Notes: a model not told the origin generated them from the sequence alone. A stretch of 64,000 nt of DNA from Octopus sinensis (GCF_006345805.1 NC_042998.1:202492001-202556000); one strand, 5' to 3'. Numbered from the stretch's first letter, positions 13,111 to 26,629 are shown. Numbers and translations are program-made.

Positions 13111-13739
13111 AGACTCCGGCAGCTTTTTTTCCCTGACAGTGTCTAATTTAAAGTTGACCACTAGGTATCCTCCTTTAAATCAATATTAGGTGTTATCGCA
13201 GATCTACCAAGACGAGATTTTTTACCATTACATATTCAAGTTGTAATAGTTTGTCTGGAATTTTGTAGGAGCCTTTCTCTAACTCCATTTGAATGCTGTG
13301 TGCTGTTCCTAGAGTTTTTCATTATAACGATTAAGAAGGGCCAGTTGGGAATCCTACAATGTAGATATGTGCAATGATTAAAGCTCATGTGATATATTTT
13401 CATATCATTGAGTGAGATTTTATAAAAAAATACAAGTTATGGACCTATCAACACAGCCTGCTCCTAAGACTCGTATTGTTATCGACAGTGTATTAGATTC
13501 CAATGACAAGAGTGAAGAAATGGAGAAAGGAAGGTAAACAAATAGCTCCGATGGTGAGTAAGTGTACCCTCCCCTGTAGAGTCATTTCAATAGGTCAGTA
13601 CTTAAGATCTAGACAGCTCCAACTAAGATCTAACAGCTAAGATCTAGTACTAAGATGTAGTACTAAGATCTAACAGCTCCAACTTCCTTGCTGGCAGAAT
13701 TTCAAGACCCTGAAATGTAGTATTGTAATGATGCACTGA

Positions 13740-14560
13740 GTCATCCAGAATGAGACTGTTAGATATGCAAGTGTTACAAGGTCCACCAGAAAGTGAAGTA
13801 GGCAGCAACAGAGTCACGCATGCTGAAGCTACACGACATCATTGGAATGATGGACGAAAGTAGGTATCAAGGAGAAGAGGGTCATGATCTAGGAAGGTGT
13901 ATGGTACCGGGAGGAAAAGAAAAATGTCAAGAGCTGTGGAACTGGTGTTTCAGGTAGCCCCAACAAGAAGATCACTTGGTCAGATCTGTGGAGACTGGAA
14001 CCTTTCCTGATCACCTTCCTGCTGCGGTCGGTGTATGACAGACTCCCGACACGAACAAATTTACACATATGAGGTTCGAAAGGTGACCACCTGTGTAGAG
14101 GTGGTGAAGAAAGGGACACTCTGACACACATCTTAGGGTGCAGAATAGCACTTACTCAAAGGAGATAGAAGTGCTGCCATAACGAGATATTTGCAACACT
14201 TGCTCATAATCAGGAACAGGAGAGGTTCAAGAAACAACATAATCGGGAGGGAACAACATACGCAGTGAATTTGGTGGAAGGAGAAAATCCAGTGAGAACA
14301 GTAAAGAGACAAATGGCTCATTACATGGGTCTTAATCATCGGATATGAAAGTCGACCTGAGGGAAGGACCGGAGTTTCTCCAGGTCGAACATACAACGTT
14401 GAGGCCAGTTGTAGTTTTGTGGTTTTAAAAGGCAAGGGAAATAATCATGACGGAACTTATGATACCGTGGGAAGAAGGTTGGGATCAGGCTTACAAATTA
14501 AAGCACACGAACTATGAGAGTCTTTTGCAGGATAGTTCTAAGCCTTCTGCGCATAGTTCT
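13740..14560 (+). mobile_element. HERO-like (NeSL/R2 group, RLE-type) non-LTR retrotransposon, 3' part, decayed
   Basis: ESRMLKLHDIIG, KKITWSDLWRLEPFLITFLLRSVYDRLPTRTNL (from ~13965), TLTHILGCRIAL, TTLRPVVVLW, ELMIPWEEG. Confidence 0.8.
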
Positions 14561-14569
14561 ATCGGTAAC

Positions 14570-16800
14570 TAGTTACATCCTAGTAACTTCAAATTCTCTA
14601 TATATCTATTGAAATTACTAGGTTGTATAATTACTCCACAATGATTTTAAGGATTTAACAATTTTCGTATCGATTTCTTTGACGATTCTACTCTACCTAA
14701 TCATTTTCGATATCCTAATAATACCTTTATATAAGCCTAAATTATTATACCCCATATAGCCATACTTTACTCTTAATATACAATATAATATTTCCGAAAA
14801 ATAATTCTATTTCTCTCTATTTTCATCTTCTATTTGCAATTTTTGTTACCTCCCTTCCGTTGTAATTAAATAACTTTGGTATGCTAGCCAATTGGTATCC
14901 TGTTTACTTAAAATCTCATTCTAAAAAATCTTCTAAATTACCCTAATTAATATTTTATACAAATAGATAATATTGTTTAATATGGGATTTTTTTTTTTGA
15001 AACATTACTTGATTTCTCTTTCTCTCAAATAGCTCTACCCTCATGAACTTAGTATGTATAATGAAGCTTTATAAAAATAATATTTTGTTAGTATCAATTA
15101 TAAATTTTATAAATTATCATGTAAGGATTAATACTCTCTCTTTTACATGTTTCAGTCATTTGACTGCGGCCATGCTGGAGCACCACCTTTAGTCGAGCAA
15201 ATCGACCCCGGGACTTATTCTTTGTAAGCCCAGTACTTATTCTATCAGTCTCTTTTGCCGAACCGCTAAGTTACGGGGACATAAACACACCAGCATCGGT
15301 TGTCAAGCAATGCTAGGGGTACAAACACAGACACACAAACACATACACATACATACATATACATATATATACATATATACGACAGGCTTCTTTCAGTTTC
15401 CGTCTACCAAATCCACTCACAAGGCATTGGTCGGCCCGGGGCTATAGCAGAAGACACTCGCCCAAGATGCCACGCCGTGGGACTGAACCCGGAACCATGT
15501 GGTTGGTTAGCAAGCTACTTACCACACAGCCACTCCTGCGTCTATACTAGCAATTTCTTAAACCTATAATAAAACCCATAATTTTATTAAAATATTTGTT
15601 GATAATAAAATTCTTGTCCAATAACTTAATCATTTCTTTACCTGACATTAAACTTTAATCATTTATAGATATTCTCATGACAAGTAAGTATACGTTTTAG
15701 TCTAAAATTTAGAATTATAACACTTTTCTAACAAATTACCTTACCTATTGATATAGATAAGCTAAGTATACCTTCTAATAGGTTTTTGGAATACAAATCC
15801 TTTTTACCCCTTGTTTATAATATTCTACAAAGATTTGTATTTTTATTTTATTCATTTTTATTTCTTTATTTTACTTTCAAACCAATTTCCTACTCTTTAT
15901 TCACTATATCCTTTCATTTAAAATATCTCTCAATAAATTTCATACTCAACTTATATAAAACTATGCTCGTATATTCACTGTTTATATCATAAGAAACATG
16001 GTCAGACTAAAATTGTTAATATTTAATATATAAATCTTTAATATATTCCTTTAACTTATCTTTCGTTTGTTAATACCAATAATCACCATTTAATAAATAA
16101 CTATAAATATAAGTTAAGTTAGTACAGACATATATAAATATGGAATTATTTCTATATTTTCTGTTCCTCTATTGTGTAAAAATTATTTGCTAATACTGAT
16201 AATATTCAGAAATATTCTTATTGCTCTTTGAAATAACTCTAAAATGCATCTGTGTATATACAAAAAACACCGTTTTCATAGTTGGTAAATAGGTAATGCT
16301 ATATGATTTCACTCCTCCTACCCCATTGGCATTAGCCTGCAAGCTTAGCTGCTATAGTCTTGTCTTGAGTATATTCTTACTGAACCAAATGGTTTTTACT
16401 TCAAAGAAATCTTGATTTATGACTCTGCCACTTAAATTGTCTATCTATTTTACCCTATCCATAAAGGATAGATTCTAGTTTCTTTTAAATTTGATAAACT
16501 AATCTATAAATTAAAACTACTCCACTCACTAGTAAATCTAAAAAACAAAATAATCAATGAAAAGCAGTGTCTTCTTTTGAAAAAATCTCAGTTACAACTC
16601 TGATGTTGTTGATAAAACATGTTCTTTGTCTATCTACTTATCCTCTTTGTGATTTTGGATAAAAAGAAAATTATACAAACGAATCCTTCGAATTTAGCTA
16701 AATTCTATATTTTTATGCAGCTGAAGATTGCTCTACGTTTTAAATTGATGTAATGTTCGCACTGTTCAATTAAATGGAGTCGCATGAAACGATCGTACTG
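14570..16800 (-). mobile_element. Possible very decayed L1/Tx1-like ORF2 (APE end, linker, RT start), interrupted by an S2 SINE
   Basis: SDH motif at 15998-16006 followed by ..YKLSMK..NWFESKIK; KGIIRISK..DTKIVK near 14660-14740; otherwise very AT-rich. Confidence 0.35.
15137..15544 (-). mobile_element. Composite tRNA/CORE-like SINE, family S2 (head, CORE-like domain, internal microsatellite, 3' domain, GTAAAAGA tail)
   Basis: Head GGAGTGGCTGTGTGGTAAG..GGTTCAGTCCC; CTTGGGC(G)AGTG.CTTCT..TATAGCC; tail CAGCATGGCCGCAGTCAAATGACTGAAAC. Confidence 0.9.
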
Positions 16801-16853
16801 CATTCCCTCTGGATATCCTTGTTGCTTATTTTGATTATATATATATATATATA

Positions 16854-16909
<56 letters not shown>

Positions 16910-16943
16910 ATATGAACTTATGTCGGTGTTATTTGTATGCACA

Positions 16944-16997
<54 letters not shown>

Positions 16998-17655
16998 AGT
17001 ATGTATATGTATGTGTATGTATGCATGTATGTATATAAATGCACATACCCAGGCATAAATATCTGCCTGATTGTGCGTGTCTGCACTTGTACGTGTATAT
17101 ATTTGACTTGTTCGTTTATCTGTTTAGTAACTTTTAAGTGCCTTGCAATACTCGAATAAGGATAAGTGCCTGGGTCGTAAAACTGTCAAGAACTAAATCT
17201 ATTAGCAGCACTGGTTGTAAAAATCTGTAGACTAGAACGTGAATAAATGACTACGCTGTAGTAAAGACACGTCCTAATTATTTCTCTCAGATACAAGTAA
17301 AATTTAAGCGTGTATGCTTATAAGTGTATCTGTGGGCATTATGTCTGTGTGTCGGTGTGTGTGTGTGTGCGTGACTGTCCACTGCAGATATTCCTTAATG
17401 CCATGTCGGTTTTGAAGAATACTTGATGTTTGAGATTATCTCGTCATCTCCTTTCTGGTTGGTCCAAATTCGCGACAAACAATTGTTCTAACTTCCTTGC
17501 AAGCGATGATAATTTTCATAAACCAAGAACGTTTGCACGGTAGTTGATTACAGCAGTTTGTACCATACTTGTTAGAGTGAATACTAGTGTATTTTCGATT
17601 CACACTAGTGTATTTTCGATTTATTTATACACACACACAAATACACACACATACC

Positions 17656-17890
17656 TATTTCTTTATTACCCACAAGGGGCTAAACATAGAGGGGACAAAC
17701 AAGGACAGACATAGGTATTATTAAGTCGATTACATCGACCCCAGTGCGTAACTGGTACTTATTTAATCGACCCCGAAAGGATGAAAGGCAAAGTCGACCT
17801 CGGCGGAATTTGAACTCAGAACGTAACGACAGACGAAATACCGAAAAGCAATCCACCCGGTGTGCTATCGTTTCTGCCAACTCGCCGCCC
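17656..17890 (-). mobile_element. S1 SINE, full length
   Basis: Matches 2675-2907 in reverse. Confidence 0.9.
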
Positions 17891-18652
17891 TTTACACACA
17901 CATACGCACACGCCGCCCAATACACACACATTAAAAATACAAACACATATATATGTGTGTAAGTCTGGAGATATGCATCTGCAGATATTCATATATTTCT
18001 CTATGTGCGAGGCCCGTTCTCAATCTAATTGTTAGCCTCGCTTCCTTTATACTATAACTTCTAACTTAGTCTCTGATTTTTCCTTGTTTTACATTTTTTG
18101 TCACGAGATTATCTAATAACAACATTTTGATTTATTTCACTATCACTTATATTTTTTAATATAAAATTTATTTTATTTATTTCCGTATTTATTGCGCATA
18201 ATATTTTTTCTTGTAGCAATTTTTTTCTTTCAGAGAGTTTTAACGTCACATATAATTCTCCTCTCAAAAATTTCGTTTTCACTTACGCCATAAAAATTCT
18301 CAATTCTCAGAGGTTATATATATATGTCTCTGTGTGTGTATGAGAGTGTATGTGAGTGTGTGTGTGCGTGTGAATGAAGTACTTGTACGTATACGTACGT
18401 GTGTGTATGCGGATATGTATGTGAGTGTGTGTATGCAGTTATCTGTGTGACTGCACGTGTCATTGTATCTTCTCATATATTTATATATATTCATTTATAT
18501 ATATTTTTATATAATGTATTCACATGTATAAATTACATAAATATATATATAGTATTTATATATGTATATATGTACTTCTCTATCTCTCTATCAATCTATT
18601 ATTCTATGTATGAGATACCACACACACACACGCACACGCACACACATACGTA

Positions 18653-18686
<34 letters not shown>

Positions 18687-19000
18687 CATCAGTAAAAATT
18701 CCCGGAAAAAATGTTCAAGGAACAAATAGAAATACTGAACGCATAATCTAATTCAAAAGAACCTGACAAAACTCATTTCATTCACAAAATTACACTTTGT
18801 CAACTTGACTCTAATTTGATAGTGTTTAAGGCCAGCCATGCAACGTGAAAGCAACTCTTCGCTTTGATATAACTTAGCTTCACGTCTTATAGTTAGAAAT
18901 ACTTCTATTTTCTATCGTGACATAATCTTGGTTTTACTTCACAAATTACCAATAAAAACAGCAAGAAAATAAGAAATAAAAAAGTTTATATATTATATAT

Positions 19001-19075
<75 letters not shown>

Positions 19076-19150
19076 GAAAGGCATAAATATATATATACAC
19101 CCACACATACATACATATATAAATTTATACATACATATATAAATTCATTT

Positions 19151-19300
19151 AGGCGCGGGAGTGGCTGTGTGGTAAGTAGCTTGCTTATTAACCGCATGGT
19201 TCCGGGTTCAGTCCCACTGCGAGGCACCTTGTCAAGTGCCTTCTACTATAGCCTCGCGCTGAGTGGATTTGGTAGACGAAACTGAATGAAGCCCGTCGTA
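19151..19300 (+). mobile_element. S2 SINE 5' half
   Basis: Head plus CORE-like domain ending GAAGCCCGTCG. Confidence 0.88.
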
Positions 19301-19324
19301 TATATATATATACATATATATATA

Positions 19325-19617
19325 TCACGTGATCACGTGACCGACCAGTCCATCAGATGTAGTTACACATCGCTGGTCACAATGCTTTCGCATTGACGCC
19401 ACCCCGCTGACTAAGCAAGCAGGCCAACAGAAGAAAGAATTGGTGAAAGAGTAAAGTGGTGAAAGAGTACAGCAGGGATCACCACCCCCTGCCGGAGCCT
19501 CGTGGAGCTTTTAGGTGTTTTCGCTCAATAAACACTCACATGCCCGGTCTGGGAATCGAAATCGCGACCTGCGACCACGAGTCCGCTGCCCTAACCACTG
19601 GGCCATTGCGCCTCCAC
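19325..19617 (-). mobile_element. S3 SINE with alternative tail B
   Basis: A box TGGCCCAGTGG, B-box-like TTCGATTCCC, body as 9679-9781, tail ending GGTCACGTGATCACGTGA. Confidence 0.88.
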
Positions 19618-19627
19618 ATATATATTA

Positions 19628-19676
<49 letters not shown>

Positions 19677-19730
19677 TATATATATATATATATATATATA
19701 GATATATATATATATATATATATATAGTAT

Positions 19731-19776
<46 letters not shown>

Positions 19777-19799
19777 ATATATATAAAAGAGTAAAAGAG

Positions 19800-19869
<70 letters not shown>

Positions 19870-20074
19870 TTTAATTTTCTCCTGGTTTACAGAATTAAGT
19901 ATTTGCGGTTGATTGAAGCTTTTTGGCTGTTATTTCTAGTGGGTGAATGGCCTATTATGGCCGTTCCTTGATTGTGATATTGAACTTAAACATGTTTATG
20001 ACTATTTAATTTTTTCCCACTAGGCCCGCTGGGGGCAAAAGAATTCTACAAAATTTTTTGCCTCCCTATATTGA

Positions 20075-20111
<37 letters not shown>

Positions 20112-20161
20112 TATATATATATATATATTATATATATATATAATATATATATATTATATAT

Positions 20162-20209
<48 letters not shown>

Positions 20210-20211
<2 letters not shown>

Positions 20212-20434
20212 GTATATGTTTGTGTGTCTGAGTTTGTCCCCCAACATCGCTTGACAACCGATGGTGGTGTGTTTACGTCCCCATAACTTAGCGGTTCGGC
20301 AAAGGAGACCGATAGAATAAGTACTAGGCTTACAAAGAATAAGTCCTAGGGTCGATTTGCTCGACTGAAGGCGATGCTCCAGCATGGCCGCAGTCAAATG
20401 ACTGAAACAAGTAAAAGACTAAAAGACTAAAAGA
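20210..20434 (+). mobile_element. S2 SINE 3' half
   Basis: CGCTTGACAACCGATG..GCGGTTCGGCAAA..CAGCATGGCCGCAGTCAAATGACTGAAAC plus (AAAAGACT)n. Confidence 0.88.
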
Positions 20435-21670
20435 ATATATGTGTGTATATTTTTATATACGTTAGTGATTGTTTTTATGATATGTTATGTATAAAATTAG
20501 GAAATTAATTATAAAGTGATTAGCTTCCAGGGAAGAATGTTATCTTTTTTTCTTTTCATAAGGAATTAACCTGAGAATTCGAAGTAACAATCAATGTATT
20601 CCTTGTAACAATGATGTCTTATGTTCGTCTGACTGTCCTCTCTCTCTCTCTATAGATATATGTGTGTGAGCATTCATGTGAGTATGCATGTGTATATATT
20701 TATATATCTCTGTATTGTGTGTGTGTGTGCTTGTGTCTGCGCATGTGCATGTACTTGTATATGATTATGCTTCTGTGTTTCTATCATTGTCCTAATTTAC
20801 GTGTGTATTCGTAGACTGTTCGCTATTGTATTATGATTATATGCGACATTAAAGCACTTCTCTCTCACAGCGTTTCATTGTAATGAAGAACTGAGAACAC
20901 AAATGAATCAGAATAGAAAAGTTCAACGGGTGAGAATTTGAGTCTGTAGACATTAAATTACATCAATTAATTTATTTCATACCAGTTGGTTTCTTTTGTG
21001 ATTTTCTGTATTGTCTTATCTTTATCTTTGTCATTTAATATATCTCAGTGTTTAAACATATTTTAATAAGGTTCATACATTTATAGGATTGAGTAAATTT
21101 TGAAACGAAGAAATGTCTATTTTATTAATAGGTTTGGTAATGTAATTTTTGTATTAACACTGTAGAATTAAACATGATAATTATAATTATTATTATTATG
21201 GAAAGTATATTACAAAACAATAGATTTTCTAAAAATTTTTCAATTAACGACGACGTAGAATCTAATGAAAATACCGACTTAATGAGAGAAAAAGAAGCGT
21301 TCTTGTATCATTGTTTTGTTTTAAGAATTCCGTACAACAGAAATTTATTGACTTCCCACAATTACAGCAAATCTTTTATTGAAATCTATCTCATTCCATT
21401 TAGCAATGTTTTATCTCTTCTGCAACATCGCCCATCATGATTCTAGGTGATATGATGATGATGATGATGATGTTGTTATTGATGATGATGTTGAGGAGGA
21501 GGAGGAGGACGACGACAACGACGGCGATGATGATGATGATGATGATGAAGGGGAAGAGCATATGATGTCCTCTATCACCATTGTTATTGTAAAAATCTGA
21601 ATAAAGACAAATACGTGCACTTATGCCTATTTATATATATCATATCCATTTTCATACCTGCCTACATACA

Positions 21671-21712
<42 letters not shown>

Positions 21713-21818
21713 ATATATATATGTATATGTGTATGTATGTATACATATATATATATATGTATATGTGTATGTATGTATATATATACACACATATATACGC
21801 ATATATATGTATATATAT

Positions 21819-21894
<76 letters not shown>

Positions 21895-21904
21895 ATTATT
21901 ATTA

Positions 21905-21937
<33 letters not shown>

Positions 21938-22104
21938 AATTTGGGATTTTACCAATAGAAATCCAACTCCTATTTCAGGATAACATTTTTGTATGGAATA
22001 CACAAAGAAAGTTATATCCAATAAAATAATATATGTATTTAAAAAACAAAAACTACGATAAAATACAATTAAATTATTTGAAAAACTATATATAACTTAC
22101 CTGT

Positions 22105-22252
22105 TATTATTTACATTACTTACATTTGACTGATGTTTGTCCTCATCTTGTTTGTTGTTAACACAACATTTCGACTGAGATACCTTTCAGCCTTCATCAG
22201 GTGTCTTGGAGAAATTTAGAACCTGGGTTCTGATTCCTAAGGTATTTTGATG
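22105..22252 (-). mobile_element. Short ORF-less repeat containing a minimal hammerhead motif (22160-22205); PLE terminal-repeat or retrozyme-like
   Basis: GACAC CTGATGA A GGCTG..CAGTC GAAA TG TT GTGTT on -; second copy at 35212-35326. Confidence 0.75.
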
Positions 22253-22259
22253 AAAAGAG

Positions 22260-22970
22260 TCTTAGACAAAAAATTCCTTTAGAAAGACAGCCTGCCTCCT
22301 ACTGTCTTTCGATTTATCAATGTACTACCTGTTTAGGCAAAGTCTTCACATTTTGCATATATATCGCCATCGACTGGAATCGATGCAGATATCAGGAGAC
22401 CCCGTATCTCTCTGAACTTGACTATGCTGATAGTCTCGCTTTTATAACCCATCAACTGTTGAACTCTCTCGTGAAGGTTTCAGCCAAATTCGTTGCATCT
22501 CTGGATGTGAAATGCATAACAATCAGTGAGAATGAAATGCCTCCTCCAGTTTGCTACAACGATGGCATACGGCACAAAAAGGTCACTGACTTCAAATACC
22601 TTGGTTACTATGCTCCTCATATTAAGAAAAAAACATTCTTTCACGCAAAGAATAAGGACGGAGTGTGCATAATAACCGTGAAAATATCTGGCAGTAAAGT
22701 TTTTCAAAGAAAACGTGACTGTCTTTCTTTATGGCATCTAAAGAGGACATTATTCTCTGATGGATGCAACCCCTGAATTATGAAAAATGGGCTTCACGAT
22801 CACCTTCATTATATATACACCGGGATTCTTATGAAGGCTCAAACATCGTATGACGTGTGCACTAGAATAAGGAGGATACATATTGAGATATCACACTCAT
22901 CTACACTATTGTTGCTCAAGGCATGGAAAGATCTGACGGTTACTGCTATTATGTTACTGTTACTGCTGTA
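22260..22970 (+). mobile_element. Decayed RTE-like LINE, RT domain fragment
   Basis: LSELDYADSLAF (YADD remnant), KVTDFKYLGY. Confidence 0.7.
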
Positions 22971-25354
22971 ACAGTACGAAAATAACTCTAACTCATTCTT
23001 ATTTTTGAAAGACGCAGAGTATTATACTGAGAACCTTCTAATGTAAATATGGGATCAACATATCTGGTGTGGTGAGGTAAAAAGCTTCTTGATAGGAACC
23101 ACTTGTATAAGATAATGTATTATAATTTCGCTAATTATTTTAGATACCGGTGATTCATGAACGCTCTTTGAGTTTCTACAATGGGTTCCGCGAAACAACA
23201 ATGATGTGGCAACTGGTGGGTGAGACGTTTGCTCCAGCTCTTGCTGATGCACAGTTTTAGCCGAGAAGAATGTTGTACAATGAAATGAAATGCTTTGATC
23301 AAGGACACATATGTGTGCAGGAATGATTATGTGGTAAGGCTAATAAGCACACTAGATACTCAGTAAATCTAATATTGCGACTGAGCTTTATGTGCATTCT
23401 AGCACAAATACTCAAACATAGTAAACATGTTCTCCGATCATCTGCGCTAGAACAATTCCACGTTTTGTTATACAAGATATAATACGAGATAAGCTATGCG
23501 GAACGTAATTCCATTATTTCTGTTTACAGAGAAGTCTTTTGATGTACATCAATATTTCCTTCTGCCAATGCCATTTCGACTCCAGTAGAAATTATAAAAC
23601 CTAATAGAAATATTCAAGTATATGGAAATATTTATGTAAATAGAAGGAAGCGTCTACATTGGAGAATGGGAGTGAGAGAGAATTTCATGAATGAAGTTAA
23701 TCCAACAATCGGCTAGAATGTAGTCAAAGATAACTGTAAATCTGTTTCGCATAGACAGCAAAATCTAAAAGATAATCTCTTGCGCAATAATTTATTTCCA
23801 GCAGACAGAAGCATATCGACGAAGGGGCCCACGAAGTATGCAAATAGAAGAATATGTAAATGGTGAGTACTTTCGAAAGTAACTAACTGAAAATCTAGTT
23901 TCCTTATATATATATATATATTTTATATCTGCCTTTACTTTTCGTTTATTGGAGAATTTAATTTACAGCCGACAGAACTTCATAGTTGGAATAGTTATAG
24001 CTGAAAACGCGTGTGAATATGGCCAGCAGTTGTGGATTTGAAATTGTTTAATGAATGTATGATGAGCAGGGTAATACAAAAGGTGAGTGAAAGTTCTAGT
24101 GAGTTAAATAGAAAAGCTATATTTCCATTTGGTTAGAGAATATGAGGTTGTTGCAATATTTCCAAATTATCCGAACTCTCTTAACATCACCAGCTGCTGG
24201 AGTCAGGACAATAAAGATTCATGTAAATATTCATCTGCTCGCCTGAGCTAAGAAGTCCGACCATTAACGAGTAATAAACGTATTATAGTAAAGCATCTAG
24301 AAATGTCCACTTCGAACTCTAATATAATGAGAGGTATGACGTATTTTCTTTTAACAGTGTTCTGATAAATAAGGAAGAACGAAAGAAGTTGCTTCCATTA
24401 TGTTGAATATATTTTCTTCAATATTCTCATAAGACTGATGCTTATCTGCAATTTCCACGTAGCAAGCATTACATAGGAAAGGAAATGTTTATCTTGTAAT
24501 AGGAAGTAAAATGCAATAAGATAGTATTACCCACAGGTGCATTGTTTATATTACTGCAAAAGAAATGTTATTTGTAGTGACACGTTCGTTCAACTACGAA
24601 GGTTTTGATATAATTTTTTTAGGTGAGGGGGGGTGAAATGTTTCTTCGTTTTGTTTCGATTTGAATTTCATCCCCGAAGAATTCTTTCGACATCTCTAAT
24701 ATGATTTCAACTAGGTACTTTGACACAACGAAATACTATCAAGCCATGTAACGTCTTCAATATATACGGTGGGTATCTTTTACACATATAGCACATTCGC
24801 AGTTGAACAGACTTAATCGTTCGCATATTAAAAAATTTATTCGTAGATACAGCATATATATTGATACGAACCACGGATTTCTCGAATTTTTGTCCACCGT
24901 TCTATCTAGTCGGTTGGATGCGACTCTCTTGGTGGAGAACCAAAGCAAGTTAGAAAGAATGTAGAAGGTCTTGTTCATCGAACTATTCACAAAGAGACAC
25001 ACATCCAGGGAGATCATGAATGTGTTCCATTTATTCAATATATTGAATATTGATTTCTAGCGTATTGAAATATGATGCATTCGAGTACAGCGACGCTACA
25101 CCTTACTGGTACTTTATTTTATGGTTTCCAGAGACGGAATGGAAAATGAGTCTCGCATTATTTGAATGCAGTGGCACATAGACGTAAGTAAATAACACAA
25201 CAATAGCTGGCGCTCATTTGATATGGCCAATAATGAAATATTCCAGAATATGGGCATAAAGATGTAGTGACGTTCATACACCCCTTCATAACATTAACGG
25301 AATAGTATCAACTGGCTACATATTACTTCGAACATTGATTCATTGATACATTGA

Positions 25355-25431
<77 letters not shown>

Positions 25432-25551
25432 TATATATAAAATTCAGGGTGAATACTTGATAACTGTAGGCACCTGTATATGCCAGTTAGTGGTGTAGGT
25501 GATAGGGTATACGAAGTGATAGGATACGAAGTGTAGGTGATACGATACGAA

Positions 25552-25786
25552 GGCGGCGAGCTGGCAGAAACGTTAGCAGGCCGGGCGAAATGCGTAGCCG
25601 TATTTCGTTTGCCGTTACGTTCTGAGTTCAACTTCCGCTGAGGTTGACTTTGCCTTTAATCCTTTCGAGGTCGATTAAATAAGTACCAGTTACGCACTAG
25701 GGTCGATATAATCGACTTAATCCGTGTGTCTGTCCTTGTTTGTCCTCTCTGTATTTAGCCCCTTGTGGGTAGTAAAGAAATAGGTA
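25552..25786 (+). mobile_element. S1 SINE, full length
   Basis: GGCGGCGAGCTGGCAGAAACGTTAG head; matches other S1 copies. Confidence 0.9.
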
Positions 25787-25916
25787 TAGGTGATAGGGTA
25801 TATTTATCAAAAGAAATCCTCTGCATCCTGTTTTCCTTTTGATAAATATATATAGAGATAGATAGGTAGATAGAGAGATAGGTGGGTAGGTAGGGTAGGT
25901 AGGTAGGTAGATAGAT

Positions 25917-26002
<86 letters not shown>

Positions 26003-26262
26003 GTATAGATATATAGATACATACATGCAAACATACATACATACATACATACATATATATTTGGCTGGGTGTGTATGTGAGACATCACATAGTTTGTGAG
26101 GCAAGATTTCATAGCACCAGTTATATAAGAAACTGAAAACTCATAGTGGGTAATTTAAAACCTTTCTGTTAAAAGTAATTTAAACACTACTCCACTTTTG
26201 TGTGCTGGTTGGATTATTTATCACTTTGGATGAATAATAGAAATTTGTACGTATATCTGTAA

Positions 26263-26309
<47 letters not shown>

Positions 26310-26451
26310 ATATATATTATATATATATATGCATGTATATGTGTGTGTATACGTACAAAATTACAAATAACTGTACAAATTTATATATATATATATATAT
26401 ATGAAAAAACAAGTCAAGATTGAAAATGCTAAAGTAATTTTTTAAAGAACA

Positions 26452-26494
26452 TTCAGTACCGGTTTCGGTCATTTTGAGACCTTTTCAACTGTAA
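26452..26494 (-). ncRNA. Degenerate minimal hammerhead motif
   Basis: TTACAG TTGAAAA GGTC tcaaaat GACC GAAA CCGG TA CTGAA; two transitions in the CUGANGA core, stems intact. Confidence 0.5.
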
Positions 26495-26629
26495 CGATTA
26501 AATAATTAAATTTAGAAAAATTAAAAGAAAAGTTTTTTTAAAGGAATATTGTGTAGTGTTCAAATATAAGTGGCATTTTTCTTGTTTCTGCCTTTCTCTG
26601 TTCTCTTGTTACTTGTGTATTCGAGGTCG

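Noticed and set aside
13438-13560. Short ATG-initiated segment (MDLSTQPAP..) followed by GT donors
   Set aside because: Only ~32 codons, no recognisable homology and no supporting downstream exon
14570-16800. Mitochondrial insertion (numt) suggested by extreme AT content
   Set aside because: No recognisable mitochondrial protein, rRNA or tRNA motifs; weak LINE motifs fit better
19540-19617. tRNA genes at SINE heads (also 2675, 15480, 25552, 44318)
   Set aside because: A/B boxes are present but there is no complete cloverleaf, and each continues into a SINE body
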